Shown piece after piece: positions 22,123-24,566 of a DNA stretch of 24,566 bases (position 1 is the stretch's first letter; each line of letters opens with the position of its first letter). Position numbers and translations under genes: made by a program. The stretch is from Selaginella moellendorffii. Lineage: Eukaryota > Plantae > Lycopodiophyta. The stretch spans positions 1 to 24,566 of the forward strand of contig NW_003314500.1 of NCBI RefSeq assembly GCF_000143415.4. Reading direction: 5' to 3'. The notes under the pieces were generated by a model. It ran no database searches. It was not told the origin of the DNA and worked only from the letters and a program-made list of their open reading frames with translations.

Positions 22123-22765
22123 CCGGTCTCGGTCTCGACTTCGGACTCCATCTCGGACTCCATCTCGGACTCCATCTCGGACTCCATCTCGGGTCCATCT
22201 CGAACTCCATTTCGGGTCCATCTCGGACTCCATCTCGGGTCCATCTCGGACTCCATTTCGGGTCCATCTCGGACTCCATCTCGGACTCCATCTCGGGTCC
22301 ATCTCGGACTCCATCTCGGACTCCATTTCGGGTCCATCTCGGGTCCACCTCGGACTCCATCTCGGACTCCATCTCGGACTCCATCTCGGGTCCATCTCGG
22401 ACTCCATCTCGGACTCCATCTCGGGTCCATCTCGGACTCCAACTCGGGTCCATCTCGGACTCCACTTCGGACTCCAACTCGAGTCCATCTCGGACTCCAC
22501 TTCGGACTCCAACTCGAGTCCATCTCGGACTCCACTTCCACGTGTCATGTGTTGGTCCTTTTGGGTCCCTTTTTGGAGCCTCGCTTTTTGCTCGCTTCGT
22601 GCTCGTTCCTCGAGCACTTCGTTGGGAGTTCCACTCCCGCTCTTGACTTTTCAAGTCGGAGCTTTTGGTCCAAACGTGTTACGCTCGTTTGGCTCTCGCT
22701 TCAGCCACTACCACGTGGCACCCTTTCCGGCTCCACTTTGGGGCCTAGGGATTTTGTGTCTCACA
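20970..22765 (-). repeat. 5' LTR
   Basis: Direct repeat of 15015-16822; adjacent to the PBS. Confidence 0.95.
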
Positions 22766-23169
22766 TAGGGATAATGAGGTCCAGAAACCAGTTTTAAAGG
22801 GACTCTCCAGTGGGGCTTCCAAACCGACTTGAGGTTGAGACTGGGACCGAGGGGCCTTGGGTGGGAGTGAGCATGGACTTGGTTGGTGCCGGAGGGGCCA
22901 TCCAAGGAAGTGCTCAAGAGCAGCTCCCACTCCCGAAAGGGAAACCGATTGCGGTGCTCCCGGCTCATGTGGAGTGGTGCCCCACTTGAGTACCATGTGG
23001 CTCATTGGTCCTTGCCCTTCCTAGGGGCTTGGGCCTTCCTTTGGGATGGAAGAGGGTGGGTACCGGGCCGCTAGGCCACGGTGTTTCGCCCCGGCGTCCC
23101 GAAGCAAGTGTTGCACTCAAGACTTGGGATTTAGAGGGTCCCATGATCAAGTCTTGTGGTACCAAGGGA
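22766..23169 (+). mobile_element. Diverged LTR fragment related to the 15015 family, opposite orientation
   Basis: Collinear blocks GAAGTGCTCAAGAGC, GTGCTCCCGG..GTGG, GAGTACCATGTGGCTC and AGGCCACGGTGTTTCG match the reverse complement of the LTR region ~15600-15800. Confidence 0.55.
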
Positions 23170-23497
23170 TGTTAGGAACCTGGAAGCTTGGTGTGCTTGG
23201 CTGCTTGTGCTTGCGGGAAGTGTAGCTGAACATTAAGTCCAGTCTAACCCGGGGAGGGGGATTGGGAGAGATTGGGAATCCGTGGATGGATGGCTAACGC
23301 TCCGTTGCTCATGCAGTAAGTAGCTGAAACCAAGTAGGACTAAGTAGGAGTTGGTACCATAGGCGAGAACCTTGGCGAGGGAACTTAGCAAAAGCCAAGG
23401 CAGTGTCGGACGGATAGACGAGGTAAGCTAGCAAATTGGAAAGGAAAAATTTGTGGCTTACACTTGATAAAGAAGAAAAGTGATTTTTATTCGGGGA

Positions 23498-23542
23498 GTC
23501 CAAACAGACAGCTCCTACTCTGTTTGGACAGGGTCGTTTCCC
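23498..23542 (-). promoter_or_regulatory. -1 programmed ribosomal frameshift signal
   Basis: G GGA AAC slippery heptamer in the gag frame (23542-23536), 6-nt spacer, then an 11-bp stem GTCCAAACAGA/TCTGTTTGGAC enclosing the gag stop. Confidence 0.85.
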
Positions 23543-24486
23543 GACTGCAACAGAGGTGGACTTTGAGGCAGAGTGAACTCGAGCAGTCGGGGAGGCTTCT
23601 TGGGACACACAGCTGCTTTGTGATTAGGATCAACACAGTAGAGGCAAAGATTATGAGATATTCGACGTTGCTTCTTAGCAGGACTCAACTTCCCTCTAAT
23701 GAGTCGGGGAGTACCAGAAATATCCATCGGGACCAGAGCAATAGGTTCAGGAGTATGCTCTGAAGACTCAAGCTGGGATTCCTGAGTCTGGGACGGAAAA
23801 ACAGCAGCACGGTGACTTTCCTGATGACGTTCAAAGAGACGATTGTCACATCGAACAGCTTTGTTGATGGCATCCGATAGGTCCTTGGGATCCTCCATGG
23901 TGAGCAATAAATCCTTGACACCGTTGTTGAGGCCGAAACGAAATTGGTCAATCAGGGCCCGCTCATCCCACTGAGTGTCCAAGGCAAGGAGTTGGAACTT
24001 TGCAGCGTAGATCGAGGCAGGACGAGACCCCTGAGAGAGACGTCTCATCTTTATGGTAGCAGCCCGAACCCAATCTGTCTCGCCAAAACATGCTTCGAGC
24101 TTCTCTTTGAACAATTGAAGATCCATCAGCTCTAGAACCACGACCCTTTTCATGCTCTTCTCCAGAAGAGGAGAAAACCATGACAAAGCTGCACCTTTGA
24201 GCAACGTCCCAATCGCACCGATTTGAGACTCGGGAGTGGGGTATTGCCGATGTTGAAGTGCAAAGATCAGCTCCATTTGGTTCAAAAATCCGCGAAGCTC
24301 TGAACGCTTGCCTGAAAATTTCGCCAGGAAACTCACCTTCGGTTTAGGAACTTTGCTGGATCCTTGAGCCGAAAGTGAAGCAAGCTCCTGTTGCATGTGA
24401 AGAAGGGTCGCCTTCAACTTAGTATTCTCAGACTGGATTTTTGCAAGGACTTCGGCAAAGAAATCAGGATGGCTTGGAGACTCCAT
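23515..24486 (-). CDS. gag: Ty3/gypsy Gag (PEG10/Sushi/Tcn1-like chromovirus type) with CCHC knuckle
   Basis: KFSGKRSELRGFL, LLKGAALSWF, LSQGSRPASIYAAKF, QFRFGL, PMDI, RGKLS, LCLYCVDPNHKAAVCP; first ATG at 24486. Confidence 0.93.
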   Translation of the reverse strand: MESPSHPDFFAEVLAKIQSENTKLKATLLHMQQELASLSAQGSSKVPKPKVSFLAKFSGKRSELRGFLNQMELIFALQHRQYPTPESQIGAIGTLLKGAALSWFSPLLEKSMKRVVVLELMDLQLFKEKLEACFGETDWVRAATIKMRRLSQGSRPASIYAAKFQLLALDTQWDERALIDQFRFGLNNGVKDLLLTMEDPKDLSDAINKAVRCDNRLFERHQESHRAAVFPSQTQESQLESSEHTPEPIALVPMDISGTPRLIRGKLSPAKKQRRISHNLCLYCVDPNHKAAVCPKKPPRLLEFTLPQSPPLLQSGNDPVQTE

Positions 24487-24566
24487 CGGCAAGAAGAAAG
24501 AAAAAAAAGGGGGAAAAAGACAAAGGCAATCAAATAATCGAAATGAGCTAAAGATTCGACGGGTAT

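Larger units (their letters stand above)
15015..22765 (-). mobile_element. Young non-autonomous LTR retrotransposon (LARD-like), ~7.75 kb
   Basis: Near-identical ~1.8-kb TG...CA LTRs, tRNA-iMet PBS, PPT, and a 4.1-kb interior without a long or recognisable ORF. No TSD (CTCAA vs TAGGG). Confidence 0.9.

Noticed and set aside
15015-22765. Retrozyme (hammerhead-bearing LTR element)
   Set aside because: No CTGATGA...GAAA core noticed on either strand by eye, and the element is far larger than retrozymes.

Overview
Eukaryotic, repeat-rich plant draft scaffold with four N gaps. Introns of 47-57 nt, a Cassandra TRIM and a fungal/PEG10-type gag suggest a non-seed vascular plant such as Selaginella (inference). 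Left ~9 kb: a probable large DNA element carrying a multi-exon, recently disrupted gene. By eye its architecture is ParB/Srx-like domain, degenerate beta-class N6/N4 DNA methyltransferase fold, acidic and Pro-rich linker, and a C-terminal FCP1/NIF HAD phosphatase domain. About 20 copies of a 22-bp palindrome (ATGGCRTG-N6-CAYGCCAT) are spread over this block, many inside the tiny introns, and they stop abruptly at ~8.9 kb. Right ~15.5 kb: nested LTR retroelements. These are a truncated LTR, a decayed Ty1/copia pol, a 5S-bearing Cassandra TRIM with TSD, and an old plus a young non-coding LTR element sharing a covarying multi-hairpin RNA module with tRNA T-loop hairpins. The window ends with a Ty3/gypsy gag that has an intact -1 frameshift signal but no recognisable pol. 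All domain calls are by-eye motif matches; no searches were run.
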